Shown: positions 9,493 to 19,771 of the stretch, in pieces
Layout: each line of letters begins with the position of its first letter
How positions within the stretch are numbered: the stretch's first letter is position 1
DNA from: Fidelibacterota bacterium
GTDB lineage: Bacteria > Fidelibacterota > UBA8477 > JABMPR01
Length of the DNA: 64,000 bases
Direction: 5' to 3'
NCBI GenBank assembly: GCA_013203185.1
Contig: JABMOS010000145.1
Span: forward strand, 8,294-72,293
Notes under the pieces: model-generated
Database searches by the model: none
The model's input: the letters and a program-made list of their open reading frames with translations, nothing else
Told to the model about the DNA's origin: nothing
Made by a program: the position numbers and the translations under genes

Positions 9493-9979
9493 ACAACGAA
9501 ATTTACGAATGATACGAACTAGAAATACATGAAGCTAACCTGACTGACATGATATCCATTTTACACAAAACGTTATCAGACAATATCATCAAATTGTCCA
9601 TCGACGTTCAAAAGGAACTGGGGCTTGGATTTTTGGAACGTGTTTATGAAAATGCTCTGATTATTGCCCTTCAAGAAGAGGGTCTCATGGTCGATCAACA
9701 GAAACAGCTTGATGTTTATTTTCGAGGTCAAAACGTTGGTGTTTATATAGCAGATTTAATAGTTGAAGATAAAATCATTCTTGAAATTAAGGCAGTTGAT
9801 AATATTGCCAAACAACACTATGCTCAATTAATTAATTACCTTAAAGCATCTGGCAAAGAAGTTGGATATGTCATTAATTTTGGACGTCTTCCACTCCAAT
9901 TCAAACGTCTTGCAGCCAAAAATCAGTCAATTAAGGATTAAACATCAATGCCTTTCGTTAATTTCGTCAGATTCGTTGT
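9493..9979 (+). mobile_element. Cassette A: intact GxxExxY gene bounded by inverted-repeat arms built from 9-nt-periodic ACGAA/TTCGT words
   Basis: Left arm 9493-9518 is ACAACGAA-ATTTACGAA-TGATACGAA. Right arm 9954-9979 is TTCGTTAAT-TTCGTCAGA-TTCGTTGT, followed by an A-run. The arms are reverse complements at the word level. Confidence 0.5.
9549..9941 (+). CDS. GxxExxY family protein (PD-(D/E)XK-like fold), function unknown
   Basis: 130 aa with the signature G-F-L-E-R-V-Y-ENAL, then ...ADLIVEDKIILEIK... (D...E-x-K nuclease-like core) and QLINYLK...INFG. Confidence 0.85.
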   Translation: MISILHKTLSDNIIKLSIDVQKELGLGFLERVYENALIIALQEEGLMVDQQKQLDVYFRGQNVGVYIADLIVEDKIILEIKAVDNIAKQHYAQLINYLKASGKEVGYVINFGRLPLQFKRLAAKNQSIKD

Positions 9980-10033
9980 AAAAAAGTGTATTGTTTCGCT
10001 AAACGCAACATTGGATTATGATTAAACGATTAT

Positions 10034-12298
10034 ATGTCGAAATCTACTCAAGTAATTGGTACCAGACTTAAACGCATTGATGCTCGTGGTAAAACCACTG
10101 GTGAAACCAAATTTTTGACTGATATCAAAGTAGATAACATGCTCCATGCAGCACCGGTTTTCTCTCATGTTGCTTCTGGACATTTACTGGGAATTGATAC
10201 TAGTGTGGTTGAGAATGACCCTAACTTTGTTGCCTTTTTCTCAGCCAAGGACATTCCAGGTGAAAATCAGGTCGGCGTTATTTTCGAAGACCAACCCTTA
10301 ATAGTCCATGATGTCGTTAGATATGTTGGCGACAGTGTGGGTATACTCGTTGCCAAGACAGCAGAATCTGCCCAGCGACTATCCAAGTTGGTTATGGTAA
10401 ATATTGAACCCTCCCCTCCCATTTTCACAATCAACGATAGCCGAGACTGTGTTGATAATTTTATACATGAAACCAATCTTGCCTGTGAGCACCAGGTAAA
10501 ACGGGGAGACCTTGATAACGCTTTTAAAGGGGCGGATCATATTATCGAAGCACGTTTTGAAACGCCCCTTCAGGAGCATTATTATCTTGAGCCACAAGCT
10601 TGCATCGCCCAGGTCACATCTGAAGGTGGCATTGACATCCTGGGTTCCATCCAGTGCCCGTTCTATGTTCAAAAAGCAGTCTCCAAGGCTCTGGCCATCC
10701 CCTTTTCCAAGATACGCGTGGAACAAGCTCCCACTGGAGGCGCATTCGGAGGCAAGGAGGATATTCCCTCAGAAACCTGCACTCGAGCAGCTCTGGCAGC
10801 TCTGATTCTCAAGCGACCCATAAAAATGGTCTATGAACGAACTACTGATGTTCAGCTTACCAGCAAGCGCCACCCATTTCAAATGCACTACAAAGTTGGC
10901 GTCTCTAATTCAGGGAAACTTCTGGCTGCTGAAATACTCCTCGAAGAAAATGCTGGAGCTTACGCCACCCTATCATCTGTGGTTTCTTATCGTTCAGCCA
11001 TGCAAGCCATGGGTCCTTATGTCATTGATAACATTTCTGTCGAGTCTAAATCCTATTACACCAATCTGCCTCCTACAGGCGCATTCCGTGGTTTCGGCTC
11101 TCCACAGGCAGCCTTTGGACATGAGCGTATGATGGATGTCATTGCTGCAAAACTGGAGATGGATCCCCTTGAGTTACGTTTACAAAATATCTTGAAAGTT
11201 GATTCATCAACCCTGACAGGCCATCATCTCAAAAGCAGCGTTGGGGCTGAAGAAACCCTTCTGACAGCGGCCAGTGCTTGTGACTGGGAGCACCGTGAAT
11301 CAAACCGAGATGGGCGTTGGAAGACAGGCTGGGGCGTTTCGTTGATTCATTATGGCAATTGCCTCGGGGCAGCCGGCTGGTTTATGGATGGGAGTGGTGC
11401 AAAAATAAAATTACATCGGGATGGGTCCATTTCTGTGGCATTTGGTCTCATCGAAATGGGACAAGGAGCCCTCACCATCGTCCAGCAAATGACAGCTGAA
11501 GCCCTGGGTGTTGAACCTTCACGGATTACCGTTTTACCCACAGATACAGAGCAGGTACCAGATAGTGGCCCTGCAGTTGCCAGTCGAAATGTTGTGATGA
11601 CCGGAAACGCAATTCGTGATGCCGCTAACAAATTACTCCCCATCCTTAGAGAAGCGGCAGCAGAGCTCATGCAATGTGATTTGAAAGAAATTGTGATTGA
11701 GAATGGCGTGGTAAGCAATGTGAGGAACAATGAGACACTTGGTTTTTCAGAGCTTACGAATTATCTCTATTTGTCCAACAGGCCAATGGATGTGTTGGGC
11801 TGGTGGCATGTACCTGAACTGAACTACGATCCTGCATTGGGAATAGGTGAAGCCTATTTCACATATTCCTATGCAACCCATATTGCTCGAGTAAAGGTTG
11901 ATACCCTGACAGGAGTGGTGAAAGTAGATAAGATATGGGCTTCCCATGATGTGGGAAGAGCCATCAATCCAGCTGGCCTGGAGGCTCAAATCGAAGGTGG
12001 AACTGTCCAGGGAATTGGATGGGCACTCACAGAAGATTTCAGGGTTGAGGATGGCAAAGTTCTCACCGACAACCTTACGACCTATCTCCTACCAACAGCT
12101 ATGGATGTTGGTGAAATCGAATCAATTCTGGTGGAAGACCCTGAATCTGAGGGCCCCTGGGGCGCTAAAGGTATTGGTGAGCCCGCCATTATACCAACCG
12201 CAGCAGCCATTGCCAACGCAGTGAGTAACGCCCTGGGAACATCAATTACTCATATTCCAATAAAACCGGAGTACATTTTAGAAATGGCAGGTGATTGA
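10034..12298 (+). CDS. Xanthine dehydrogenase family, molybdopterin-binding large subunit (set 1)
   Basis: 754 aa. GGAFGGKE, FRGFGSPQ and GIGEPA motifs characteristic of molybdenum hydroxylase large subunits. Confidence 0.9.
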   Translation: MSKSTQVIGTRLKRIDARGKTTGETKFLTDIKVDNMLHAAPVFSHVASGHLLGIDTSVVENDPNFVAFFSAKDIPGENQVGVIFEDQPLIVHDVVRYVGDSVGILVAKTAESAQRLSKLVMVNIEPSPPIFTINDSRDCVDNFIHETNLACEHQVKRGDLDNAFKGADHIIEARFETPLQEHYYLEPQACIAQVTSEGGIDILGSIQCPFYVQKAVSKALAIPFSKIRVEQAPTGGAFGGKEDIPSETCTRAALAALILKRPIKMVYERTTDVQLTSKRHPFQMHYKVGVSNSGKLLAAEILLEENAGAYATLSSVVSYRSAMQAMGPYVIDNISVESKSYYTNLPPTGAFRGFGSPQAAFGHERMMDVIAAKLEMDPLELRLQNILKVDSSTLTGHHLKSSVGAEETLLTAASACDWEHRESNRDGRWKTGWGVSLIHYGNCLGAAGWFMDGSGAKIKLHRDGSISVAFGLIEMGQGALTIVQQMTAEALGVEPSRITVLPTDTEQVPDSGPAVASRNVVMTGNAIRDAANKLLPILREAAAELMQCDLKEIVIENGVVSNVRNNETLGFSELTNYLYLSNRPMDVLGWWHVPELNYDPALGIGEAYFTYSYATHIARVKVDTLTGVVKVDKIWASHDVGRAINPAGLEAQIEGGTVQGIGWALTEDFRVEDGKVLTDNLTTYLLPTAMDVGEIESILVEDPESEGPWGAKGIGEPAIIPTAAAIANAVSNALGTSITHIPIKPEYILEMAGD

Positions 12299-12299
12299 G

Positions 12300-13610
12300 A
12301 TGGGGAAACTTTTATTGCATAATTTGCGCATAATCGATCCATTTGGCGAACGAGAGTTCTTGGAGCATGCTTCCATTCTCATTGAAGACGAGGTCATCAA
12401 ATTTGTGGGGCGCGGTTTCTCTCATGTCGGCTTTGAGGGACAACTTTTGGATATGGAGGGCAAAACAGTACTACCGGGAATTATAAACGCCCATACCCAT
12501 CTATACTCAACCCTGGCTATGGGAATGCCACCGCCTCAGAAGGCACCTAAAAACTTTGTTGAACACCTCGAGGAAGTTTGGTGGAAACTTGACCGAGGAC
12601 TGGACAAAGAGTCAACAAAGGCCTCCTTTGAGGCAGGACTGATGGACTGTATCCAGAATGGTACAACCACCATTATTGATCATCACGCGAGCCCTAATCT
12701 GATTGAAGGATCATTGGATCTGTTAGCAGATTTGGCTGAGTCCTTCGGGCTAAACATCAGTCTTTGTTTTGAAAGCTCGGACAGAAATGGCGAGTCTAGT
12801 TTCAAAGATGAGTTGATGGAAAATGTTCGCATCATGGCGAAATATGCTACAAACCCCTATGTCTCGCCCCGTCTCGGGCTACATGCTTCATTCACACTGT
12901 CAGATGAGTCTTTGGCACAGGTTAGCAAGCAATTGCATAATTTCCCTGACTGTGGCATTCACATACATGTCGCCGAAGATCTGGCTGATGAAAAGGACGC
13001 CCAGGCCCGGGGATATCGTTCAGTAATTCAGCGTCTGGATGATTTTGATCTTCTATCCAATCAATCCCTGATTATTCACGGTATATTTATGACTCGTGAA
13101 GATCGTCATATCTTATTGAAACATGGGTGCAAACTGGTTCATAATCCATCGTCAAACGCCAATAACCAAGTTGGTGTGTTGGAGACGGAAATCATTGAGT
13201 CTATGAATCCCGGATTGGGTACTGACGGCATGCAAAACAATCTACTGAAAGAGGCTAAGGAGGGGACACTCATCCGCTCAGCCACTGAGAGTCCAGCAGT
13301 AGATTATCTAGAACTTCTTTTTCAAAATAATCCCGATATCGCTGTAAAAATATTCGGGAAACTTGTGGGTCATATTGAAGAAGAAGCACAGGCTGACCTG
13401 GTCTTTTATGATTATGAACCCCGGACAGATTTAAATGCTGACAATTTCGGGAGTCATCTGCTCTTTGGATTTGGACAGCCCAGTGATGTTATGACCCGAG
13501 GTGAGTTCCGCATGCGAAATAAACACCTCGTCGGAATTGATGAATCTCGGATTCGAGAGAATGCCCGCAAACAGAGCAAGCGTCTGTGGTCAGCAATGAA
13601 GGCATTATAA
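12300..13610 (+). CDS. ssnA: SsnA-like amidohydrolase
   Basis: About 436 aa from ATG 12300, preceded by AGGTGA; GTG 12291 is the alternative start. PGIINAHTHLYS metal motif. The size and the ygeY/ygeW/ygfK neighbours match the E. coli ssnA context. Confidence 0.7.
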   Translation: MGKLLLHNLRIIDPFGEREFLEHASILIEDEVIKFVGRGFSHVGFEGQLLDMEGKTVLPGIINAHTHLYSTLAMGMPPPQKAPKNFVEHLEEVWWKLDRGLDKESTKASFEAGLMDCIQNGTTTIIDHHASPNLIEGSLDLLADLAESFGLNISLCFESSDRNGESSFKDELMENVRIMAKYATNPYVSPRLGLHASFTLSDESLAQVSKQLHNFPDCGIHIHVAEDLADEKDAQARGYRSVIQRLDDFDLLSNQSLIIHGIFMTREDRHILLKHGCKLVHNPSSNANNQVGVLETEIIESMNPGLGTDGMQNNLLKEAKEGTLIRSATESPAVDYLELLFQNNPDIAVKIFGKLVGHIEEEAQADLVFYDYEPRTDLNADNFGSHLLFGFGQPSDVMTRGEFRMRNKHLVGIDESRIRENARKQSKRLWSAMKAL

Positions 13611-13647
13611 AAGCACCTAGAGAAGGTATTAACAAGAAAGAATCCAT

Positions 13648-14859
13648 ATGAATATAGATTTCCAACAGATCCTCAACCAGGCCGAAAAATACCGTCCTGA
13701 GATTTCCCGGTTTTTGCGAGACATGATTGCCATCCCCAGTGAAAGCACACAGGAAGAGCTTGCAATTTTGCGCATCAAGGAGGAGATGGAAAAGGTTGGT
13801 TTCGATAAAATTGAGATTGATGAAATGGGCAATATTTATGGCACCATTGGTCATGGGTCACATGTCATCGCCATGGATGCCCATATAGACACCGTCGGTG
13901 TTGGCAATATTGAGAACTGGAATGTGGATCCGTACGAAGGGTTTGAAGATGATCAAATCATCATGGGACGTGGGGCTTCAGACCAGGAAGGTGGGATGGC
14001 CAGCATGGTCTATGCAGGGAAAATCATCAAAGATCTTGGCCTGGAAGGCGATTATACATTGGTAATAACCGGAACGGTTCAGGAAGAAGATTGTGATGGC
14101 CTGTGTTGGCAGTACATCATGGACAATAAGAAGCTGCAACCAGAATTTGTTGTGAGTACTGAGCCAACCTCGTGCAGAATTTATCGTGGTCAACGCGGGC
14201 GGATGGAAATCAAGGTTACCACTTCGGGGATCAGCGCCCATGGGTCAGCACCAGAGCGAGGAGACAATGCCATCTACAAAATGGCTCCAATCCTCCAGGA
14301 GCTGCAGGAACTGAACACGAGATTGGCAGACCATGATTTCCTGGGGAAAGGCACACTCACCGTATCTGAAGTATTCTTCACCTCTCCCTCTCGGTGTGCA
14401 GTGGCTGATGGCTGCTCTATTTCGGTTGATCGACGCCTCACTGTTGGTGAAACTGCAGAATCAGCCATGGATGAAATTAAAAACCTCCCCTCAGTAATAG
14501 CTGGAAAGGCCACTGTGGAGATGTACGACTACGAGCGACCAAGTTATACAGGTTTTAGCTATCGCACTGAGGCCTATTTCCCAACCTGGTTGATAGAAGA
14601 AGATCATGTAGCAACCACATCGTTGGTTCATGCCTACAAAGGACTATTCAAGGAAGAGCCCATAGTTGATAAGTGGACCTTTTCCACCAACGGTGTTGCA
14701 ATTATGGGTAAATATGGGGTGCCTTGTATTGGATTTGGTCCTGGAGCAGAAGAGGAGGCACACGCCCCCAATGAAAAAACCTGGAAAGATCATCTGGTAA
14801 AAGCTGCGGCAATGTATGCTGCCATACCTCTCACCTACCTGGAAACGATTGAAAAATGA
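13648..14859 (+). CDS. ygeY: YgeY-like M20 family peptidase/deacylase
   Basis: 403 aa. MDAHIDTV and [10 protein letters not shown] motifs of the M20/ArgE/DapE family. It lies immediately upstream of, and overlaps, the ygeW-like gene, as in E. coli. Confidence 0.8.
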   Translation: MNIDFQQILNQAEKYRPEISRFLRDMIAIPSESTQEELAILRIKEEMEKVGFDKIEIDEMGNIYGTIGHGSHVIAMDAHIDTVGVGNIENWNVDPYEGFEDDQIIMGRGASDQEGGMASMVYAGKIIKDLGLEGDYTLVITGTVQEEDCDGLCWQYIMDNKKLQPEFVVSTEPTSCRIYRGQRGRMEIKVTTSGISAHGSAPERGDNAIYKMAPILQELQELNTRLADHDFLGKGTLTVSEVFFTSPSRCAVADGCSISVDRRLTVGETAESAMDEIKNLPSVIAGKATVEMYDYERPSYTGFSYRTEAYFPTWLIEEDHVATTSLVHAYKGLFKEEPIVDKWTFSTNGVAIMGKYGVPCIGFGPGAEEEAHAPNEKTWKDHLVKAAAMYAAIPLTYLETIEK

Positions 14860-16013
14860 AAAAGCTAATAGCTAAACTTAAAACGCTGGATCTAAGCAAC
14901 TACGGCAATGATTTTCTGTTAACCTGGAACAAAACCTCAGATGAATTGGAAGCAACCCTGCTCATTGCAGAAATTCTGAGAGAGAGACACCGACTTGGAA
15001 AGCCAAACCTGGTATTTGATTCAGGACTTGCTGTTTCAATCTTCAGGGACAATTCAACCAGAACACGTTTCAGCTTTGCCTCTGCCGCCAATGCTCTGGG
15101 ACTGGCAGTCTCAGATATGGATGAGGAAAAATCCCAGGTATCCCATGGAGAAACGGTCCGAGAAACCGCCAATATGATCTCATTTATGACCCGGGTGATT
15201 GGTATCCGGCATGATATGTATCTCGGTGAAGGGCACTCCTACATGAAGGAAGTCTCCTCAGCTGTTCAGTCTGGGTTTGAAGAGGGTGTTTTACACAACA
15301 GACCAGGTTTAATAAATCTCCAGTGTGATATTGACCATCCTACTCAAAGTATGTCTGACCTGGCCATGTTGAAAAACCATTTTGGATCTCTGGAAAATCT
15401 TAAGGGAAAAAAGATCGCCATGTCCTGGGCCTATTCGCCCAGCTATGGCAAGCCGCTTTCTGTTCCCCAGGGTATAATTGGATTGCTCACCCGCTATGGA
15501 ATGGATGTTACTTTAGCTCATCCAGAAGGTTATAACCTCATCCCAGAAGTGGTAAAATTAGCAGATAAACAGGCAGAGTTGTCTGGAGGGTCATTCAACA
15601 CGACCAATAGTATGGATCAGGCTTTCACCGATGCTGATATTGTGTACCCAAAATCCTGGGCGCCATTTCACGTCATGGAAGAGAGAACAGCACTTTTAAA
15701 ACAGGCCGACCAAACGGGGCTAAAAGATTTAGAAAAAAGCTGCCTGGCCACCAATGCAAAATTCACAGACTGGGAGTGCACTGAAGAGAAAATGAAACTC
15801 ACCAGAGATAGTAAGGCATTATATATGCACTGTCTACCAGCTGACATCACCGGGGTAAGCTGCAAGCAGGGAGAAGTGAGTGCCTCTGTTTTTGATCGTT
15901 GCCGCAAAGACACCTACATGGAAGCCAGCTATAAACCCTTTATCATAGCAGCCATGATGTTTTTGACAGGACTAAAAGATCCAATGGCAGCCCTGGACAA
16001 GCTAAAAGATTAA
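14856..16013 (+). CDS. ygeW: YgeW-like (knotted) carbamoyltransferase
   Basis: 385 aa. STRTR carbamoyl-phosphate motif ([10 protein letters not shown]) and HCLPA motif. A 4-nt overlap with ygeY suggests coupling. Confidence 0.85.
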   Translation: MKKLIAKLKTLDLSNYGNDFLLTWNKTSDELEATLLIAEILRERHRLGKPNLVFDSGLAVSIFRDNSTRTRFSFASAANALGLAVSDMDEEKSQVSHGETVRETANMISFMTRVIGIRHDMYLGEGHSYMKEVSSAVQSGFEEGVLHNRPGLINLQCDIDHPTQSMSDLAMLKNHFGSLENLKGKKIAMSWAYSPSYGKPLSVPQGIIGLLTRYGMDVTLAHPEGYNLIPEVVKLADKQAELSGGSFNTTNSMDQAFTDADIVYPKSWAPFHVMEERTALLKQADQTGLKDLEKSCLATNAKFTDWECTEEKMKLTRDSKALYMHCLPADITGVSCKQGEVSASVFDRCRKDTYMEASYKPFIIAAMMFLTGLKDPMAALDKLKD

Positions 16014-16028
16014 TGGCTTTTAAATTCC

Positions 16029-16148
16029 ACAACGAAAGAAACGGAAACAACGAATGCTTTTTAAACTCATACCGGGGATTAAATAGATTTAGTCGCGGGC
16101 GTTGATAAATCTCAAACTTGATTTCGTCAATTTCGTCAACTTCGTTGT
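16029..16148. repeat. Element B: ORF-less (solo) copy of the cassette-A inverted-repeat arms
   Basis: Left arm 16029-16054 is ACAACGAA-AGAAACGGA-AACAACGAA. Right arm 16122-16148 is TTCGTCAAT-TTCGTCAAC-TTCGTTGT plus an A-run, the same termini as cassette A. Only about 67 nt lie between the arms. Confidence 0.55.
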
Positions 16149-16166
16149 AAAAAAAGGATACCTAGA

Positions 16167-17630
16167 GTGAACACTGAACAAATTCTGAAGAACACGATTC
16201 AACGCTGCAAAGAAAAGAATATTATTCTACCCACCTACAAACAGATGGCTGATCCAGATTTGATCCCTGAAGGGATTAAGGCAGAGCTGGCTGATATTGG
16301 TCTTTGGGATCTCAATCCCCGTAACTTGTTCCGAATCAGCTGGCAAAATGAGCCTGTCTCCAAAGGTGGTGGATTTGGGGATGTCAATTATCTGGAGCTA
16401 CCACCAGAATTGACGGGGGTAAGGGCCAGGATCATTGTGCTCATTGGAAAATTCTTCCCCACTGGAGCCCATAAAGTTGGTGCCACCTTTGGTCCTCTCG
16501 TTGAAAAATTGATATCAGGTCAATTTGACCCAACGCGTCAAAAAGCATTGTGGCCTTCTACAGGAAACTATTGTCGGGGAGGTGCTTATGATGGGTATTT
16601 ACTGGGATGTCCCTCAATTGCTGTCCTGCCTGAAGAAATGTCCAGAGAGCGTTATGAGTGGCTTGAAAAAGTTGGCGCCGAAATCATCCGTACAGAGGGT
16701 GGAGAAGCCAATGTAAAAGAAATCTATGATAAGGTGAAACAGCTTGAATCAGAGCGCGGAGATGAGATTGTTACCCTAAATCAGTTCGGCGAAATTGGAA
16801 ACCCTTTATGGCACTACGCTGTTACTGGAAGAGCCATGGAAAAGGTTTTTAACAATATCAGTTCTGGTGACCATCGCTTTAGCGGGATGTTTCTTACCCA
16901 GGGATCTGCTGGAACTCTGGGATCAGCAGATTACCTACGAACTAAATTTCCAAAAATAAAAGTGGGTGCTGGAGAAGCGCTTCAAGTGCCTACATTGCTT
17001 CAAAATGGCTATGGAGCTCATCGTATTGAAGGTATTGGCGACAAACATGTCCCCTGGATACACAACATGAAAAACATGGATATGGTTATCGGTGTGGATG
17101 ACAATATTCCTATGAACCTGGTTCGTCTCTTCAACGAGACTGAGGGGCACGCATTACTAAAAGCCCAGGGAATCAATCCTGACCTGATAGGGAGACTGGA
17201 TTATCTGGGCATTTCAAGTATTGCCAATATTGCCGGTGCCATCAAAATGGCTAAATATTACGAGTACAATGAAAATGATGTGGTCTTCACTGTGGCCACT
17301 GATTCAATGGAAATGTATCAGTCCCGCCTCATAGAGCTACAACAAGAGCTTGGCGATTATACTGAAATTCGCGCCCATGTTGATTTCGAACGTTACCTGC
17401 TGGGCTTGGATGATGAAGGGGTGATGGAACTGAGTTATCGTGATAAAAAGCGCATGCACAATCTGAAATATTTTACCTGGGTGGAACAGCAGGGCAAAAC
17501 AGTGGACGAGCTGGACGCTCAATGGTATGATGATGATTATTGGTCCTCAAAATTCGCCCTGGCAGATGAATGGGATCAAAAAATTGAAGCGTTTAATGCA
17601 GAGACAGGGTTATTAAAGAAGTACGCATAA
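16167..17630 (+). CDS. PLP-dependent enzyme of the tryptophan-synthase-beta-like fold (fold type II), unusually long (487 aa), specific function unknown
   Basis: FPTGAHKVGA (candidate PLP lysine), STGNYCRGGA and QGSAGTLG blocks resemble the CysK/TrpB superfamily. The N- and C-terminal extensions do not match CysK or ThrC. Confidence 0.6.
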   Translation: MNTEQILKNTIQRCKEKNIILPTYKQMADPDLIPEGIKAELADIGLWDLNPRNLFRISWQNEPVSKGGGFGDVNYLELPPELTGVRARIIVLIGKFFPTGAHKVGATFGPLVEKLISGQFDPTRQKALWPSTGNYCRGGAYDGYLLGCPSIAVLPEEMSRERYEWLEKVGAEIIRTEGGEANVKEIYDKVKQLESERGDEIVTLNQFGEIGNPLWHYAVTGRAMEKVFNNISSGDHRFSGMFLTQGSAGTLGSADYLRTKFPKIKVGAGEALQVPTLLQNGYGAHRIEGIGDKHVPWIHNMKNMDMVIGVDDNIPMNLVRLFNETEGHALLKAQGINPDLIGRLDYLGISSIANIAGAIKMAKYYEYNENDVVFTVATDSMEMYQSRLIELQQELGDYTEIRAHVDFERYLLGLDDEGVMELSYRDKKRMHNLKYFTWVEQQGKTVDELDAQWYDDDYWSSKFALADEWDQKIEAFNAETGLLKKYA

Positions 17631-17698
17631 TAACGGGGGTTGATAGTGTCTTGCTGAGGCTCTCGTAGCAAAGGACACAGGGCAATCTATTTACCCCT

Positions 17699-17760
17699 CG
17701 TGGACACTTCGACCAGCCTAGGCCTATAAGCCTTCGGCTTGGCAGGCGGGCTCAGTGTGA
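17699..17760. repeat. REP-like intergenic repeat (CTTCGAC...GGCTTGGCAGGCGGGCTCAGTGTGAC)
   Basis: Shares the words CTTCGAC(C/A)AGC, GCTCAG and TTGGCAGGC(A/G)GGG with the intergenic sites at 30362-30410, 55632-55660 and 63933-63969. Confidence 0.35.
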
Positions 17761-17815
17761 CAACTAGGGGGGACATACCAGAGTACCTGGTAGATATTAA
17801 TGGTAGGAGATTCTA

Positions 17816-19057
17816 TTGATTTCTGAAGCGATTATTGGTTTGAAATGCCATCAATGTGGTTGGGATGGACCCGCTGAGCCATTTTCATATATTTGCCCTA
17901 CATGTGGTAAAAATTTAGACTTCATCTATGATTATGATTGCATTGCTGCATCTTGTGGACCCTTATCATTGAATAAGGATCATGATGATTCCATGTGGCG
18001 ATATCTCCCCTTACTCCCAGTAAAAGCAGCTCCAGAAAACAAATCTCTCCGTGTCGGAGGAACGCCTTTGGTGGATTTTCCACACATTGCCAAGGATCTC
18101 CAAATTGGTCGTCTACAAATTAAAGATGATACACGCAACCCTTCTGGATCCCTCAAGGATCGGGCCAGTGAGCTGGCAATTCAACACGCCAAAGAACAAG
18201 GCAAAAAAACGATTGTCGCCGCCTCTACAGGCAATGCAGGTTCCTCCCTGGCTGCACTTTCTGCATACCATGGCATGGATAGCATTATTCTGGCTCCAGC
18301 CACTGCTCCTATTGCCAAATTGACTCAAATCCTGCAGCATGGCGCTCAATTGGTTCCAGTAGATGCAAATTACGATGGCGCATTCGATCTGGCATTTGAG
18401 TGGGCTCAAAAGAACGAGAGTTATTGTCGCAATACTGGTGTAAATCCCATATTGGCTGAAGGCAAGAAGACTGTAGCCCTGGAGATTGCTGAAAAAAATG
18501 ACTGGAAAGCTCCAGATCACGTATTTGTTCCTGTAGGCGATGGCTGCATCATATCAGGTGTATATAAAGGTTTCTTTGATCTGCTCTCCCTCAAATGGAT
18601 TGATTCCATGCCAGCCATCCATGCTGTGCAGGCAGAAGGTTCAGCAGCGATTGTGGACAGCCTTGTGCGAGAGGGTGACATTTTGTCTGTTTCGGCCAAT
18701 ACCATAGCTGATAGCATTAGTGTGGATCAACCTCGCGATGGGGACAAAGCAAGAAGGGCAATTATTAAAAGCGGTGGCAAAGGCTTTAAAGTGAGTGATG
18801 ATGATATTTTGGAAGCCCAGAAATTGCTCTCCGAAACGACTGGAATCTTTGCGGAACCTGCTGCAGCGGCAGCTTATGCAGGTTTTCTGCAAGCATCTCA
18901 ATCTGGCATTTTTGAAGACGAAGATCATGTAGTTGTGCTCATCACTGGATCAGGACTAAAAGACACAGCAAACGCTCAGAAATTGCTCAAGCCCGTTGAA
19001 GCCGTTAAAGCGACGCTTGTTGATGTAGAAAAATATCTGGAAAAGCTTCAGGGCTAA
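17816..19057 (+). CDS. Threonine-synthase-like PLP enzyme with N-terminal zinc ribbon
   Basis: TTG start 6 nt after AGGAGA. CHQC...CPTC zinc ribbon. NPSGSLKDRAS (PLP lysine) and STGNAG motifs. Confidence 0.75.
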   Translation: MISEAIIGLKCHQCGWDGPAEPFSYICPTCGKNLDFIYDYDCIAASCGPLSLNKDHDDSMWRYLPLLPVKAAPENKSLRVGGTPLVDFPHIAKDLQIGRLQIKDDTRNPSGSLKDRASELAIQHAKEQGKKTIVAASTGNAGSSLAALSAYHGMDSIILAPATAPIAKLTQILQHGAQLVPVDANYDGAFDLAFEWAQKNESYCRNTGVNPILAEGKKTVALEIAEKNDWKAPDHVFVPVGDGCIISGVYKGFFDLLSLKWIDSMPAIHAVQAEGSAAIVDSLVREGDILSVSANTIADSISVDQPRDGDKARRAIIKSGGKGFKVSDDDILEAQKLLSETTGIFAEPAAAAAYAGFLQASQSGIFEDEDHVVVLITGSGLKDTANAQKLLKPVEAVKATLVDVEKYLEKLQG

Positions 19058-19059
19058 GC

Positions 19060-19548
19060 ATGTTACATCATCCCCAACCCCATACCTTTCAGCTGGAAGT
19101 CACCATCAATGGTGAGCTCGTTCAACGAGAGATTCCAACCCACTTACGGCTATTGGATTTTCTCAGAGAGGATCTAGGTCTCACAGGGAGCAAAGAAGTT
19201 TGTGGTGAGGGTGAGTGCGGTGCGTGTACAATTATCTTAAACGGACAAACTGTAAATTCATGCCTCATTCTGGCTGTGGAGGTCCACGGAGCTTTCATCG
19301 TGACTATTGAGGGCCTGGCTGATACGCAAGAGCTCACAGAGATGCAAAAGTCCTTTGAAGATCATCATGCAGTTCAGTGTGGTTATTGTATCCCTGGTAT
19401 GGTTCTCACTGGAGAAAAACTTCTGGACCGACACCCCCATCCCACCAGAGATGAAATCAAGTACGAATTATCAGGAAATATCTGTCGCTGCACAGGCTAT
19501 CATAAAATTATAGATGCTATACAAAGGGCCGCAGATGATCGCGGATAG
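19060..19548 (+). CDS. Xanthine dehydrogenase family [2Fe-2S] small subunit (set 1)
   Basis: CGEGECGACT (plant-type cluster) and CGYCIPG...CRCTGY (second cluster). Confidence 0.9.
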   Translation: MLHHPQPHTFQLEVTINGELVQREIPTHLRLLDFLREDLGLTGSKEVCGEGECGACTIILNGQTVNSCLILAVEVHGAFIVTIEGLADTQELTEMQKSFEDHHAVQCGYCIPGMVLTGEKLLDRHPHPTRDEIKYELSGNICRCTGYHKIIDAIQRAADDRG

Positions 19549-19771
19549 GCACGGATAAATGGAATTAAAGCATAGCGAAATAACAGATAAAATTCTCAAA
19601 GCCGTGAAAGCGATGGTTCCAGAACATGAAGCCCCGTTACTAAACTATTTAAAAGCTACAGATATTGAGGTTGGGTTATTAATTAATTTTGATCAAAAGC
19701 CAAACTTTAAGCGATTTGTGTTCGAAAATTCTAGAAAAAATATCCGCTTAGACCCGCGTAAATCGGCGGTG
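19540..19771 (+). mobile_element. Cassette C: decayed GxxExxY cassette with CGGATA/TATCCG-type arms
   Basis: The left arm CGCGGATAGGCACGGATA (19540-19557) overlaps the stop codon of the 2Fe-2S gene. The right arm TATCCGCTTAGACCCGCGTAAATCGGCGGTG (19741-19771) ends 8 nt before the next start codon. Confidence 0.45.

Noticed and set aside
9493-9979. Whether the short periodic repeats flanking the GxxExxY genes could be a mini CRISPR array.
   Set aside because: The units are only 9-11 nt with no unique spacers, there are only 2-3 units per arm, the arms are in inverted orientation, and no cas genes are present.
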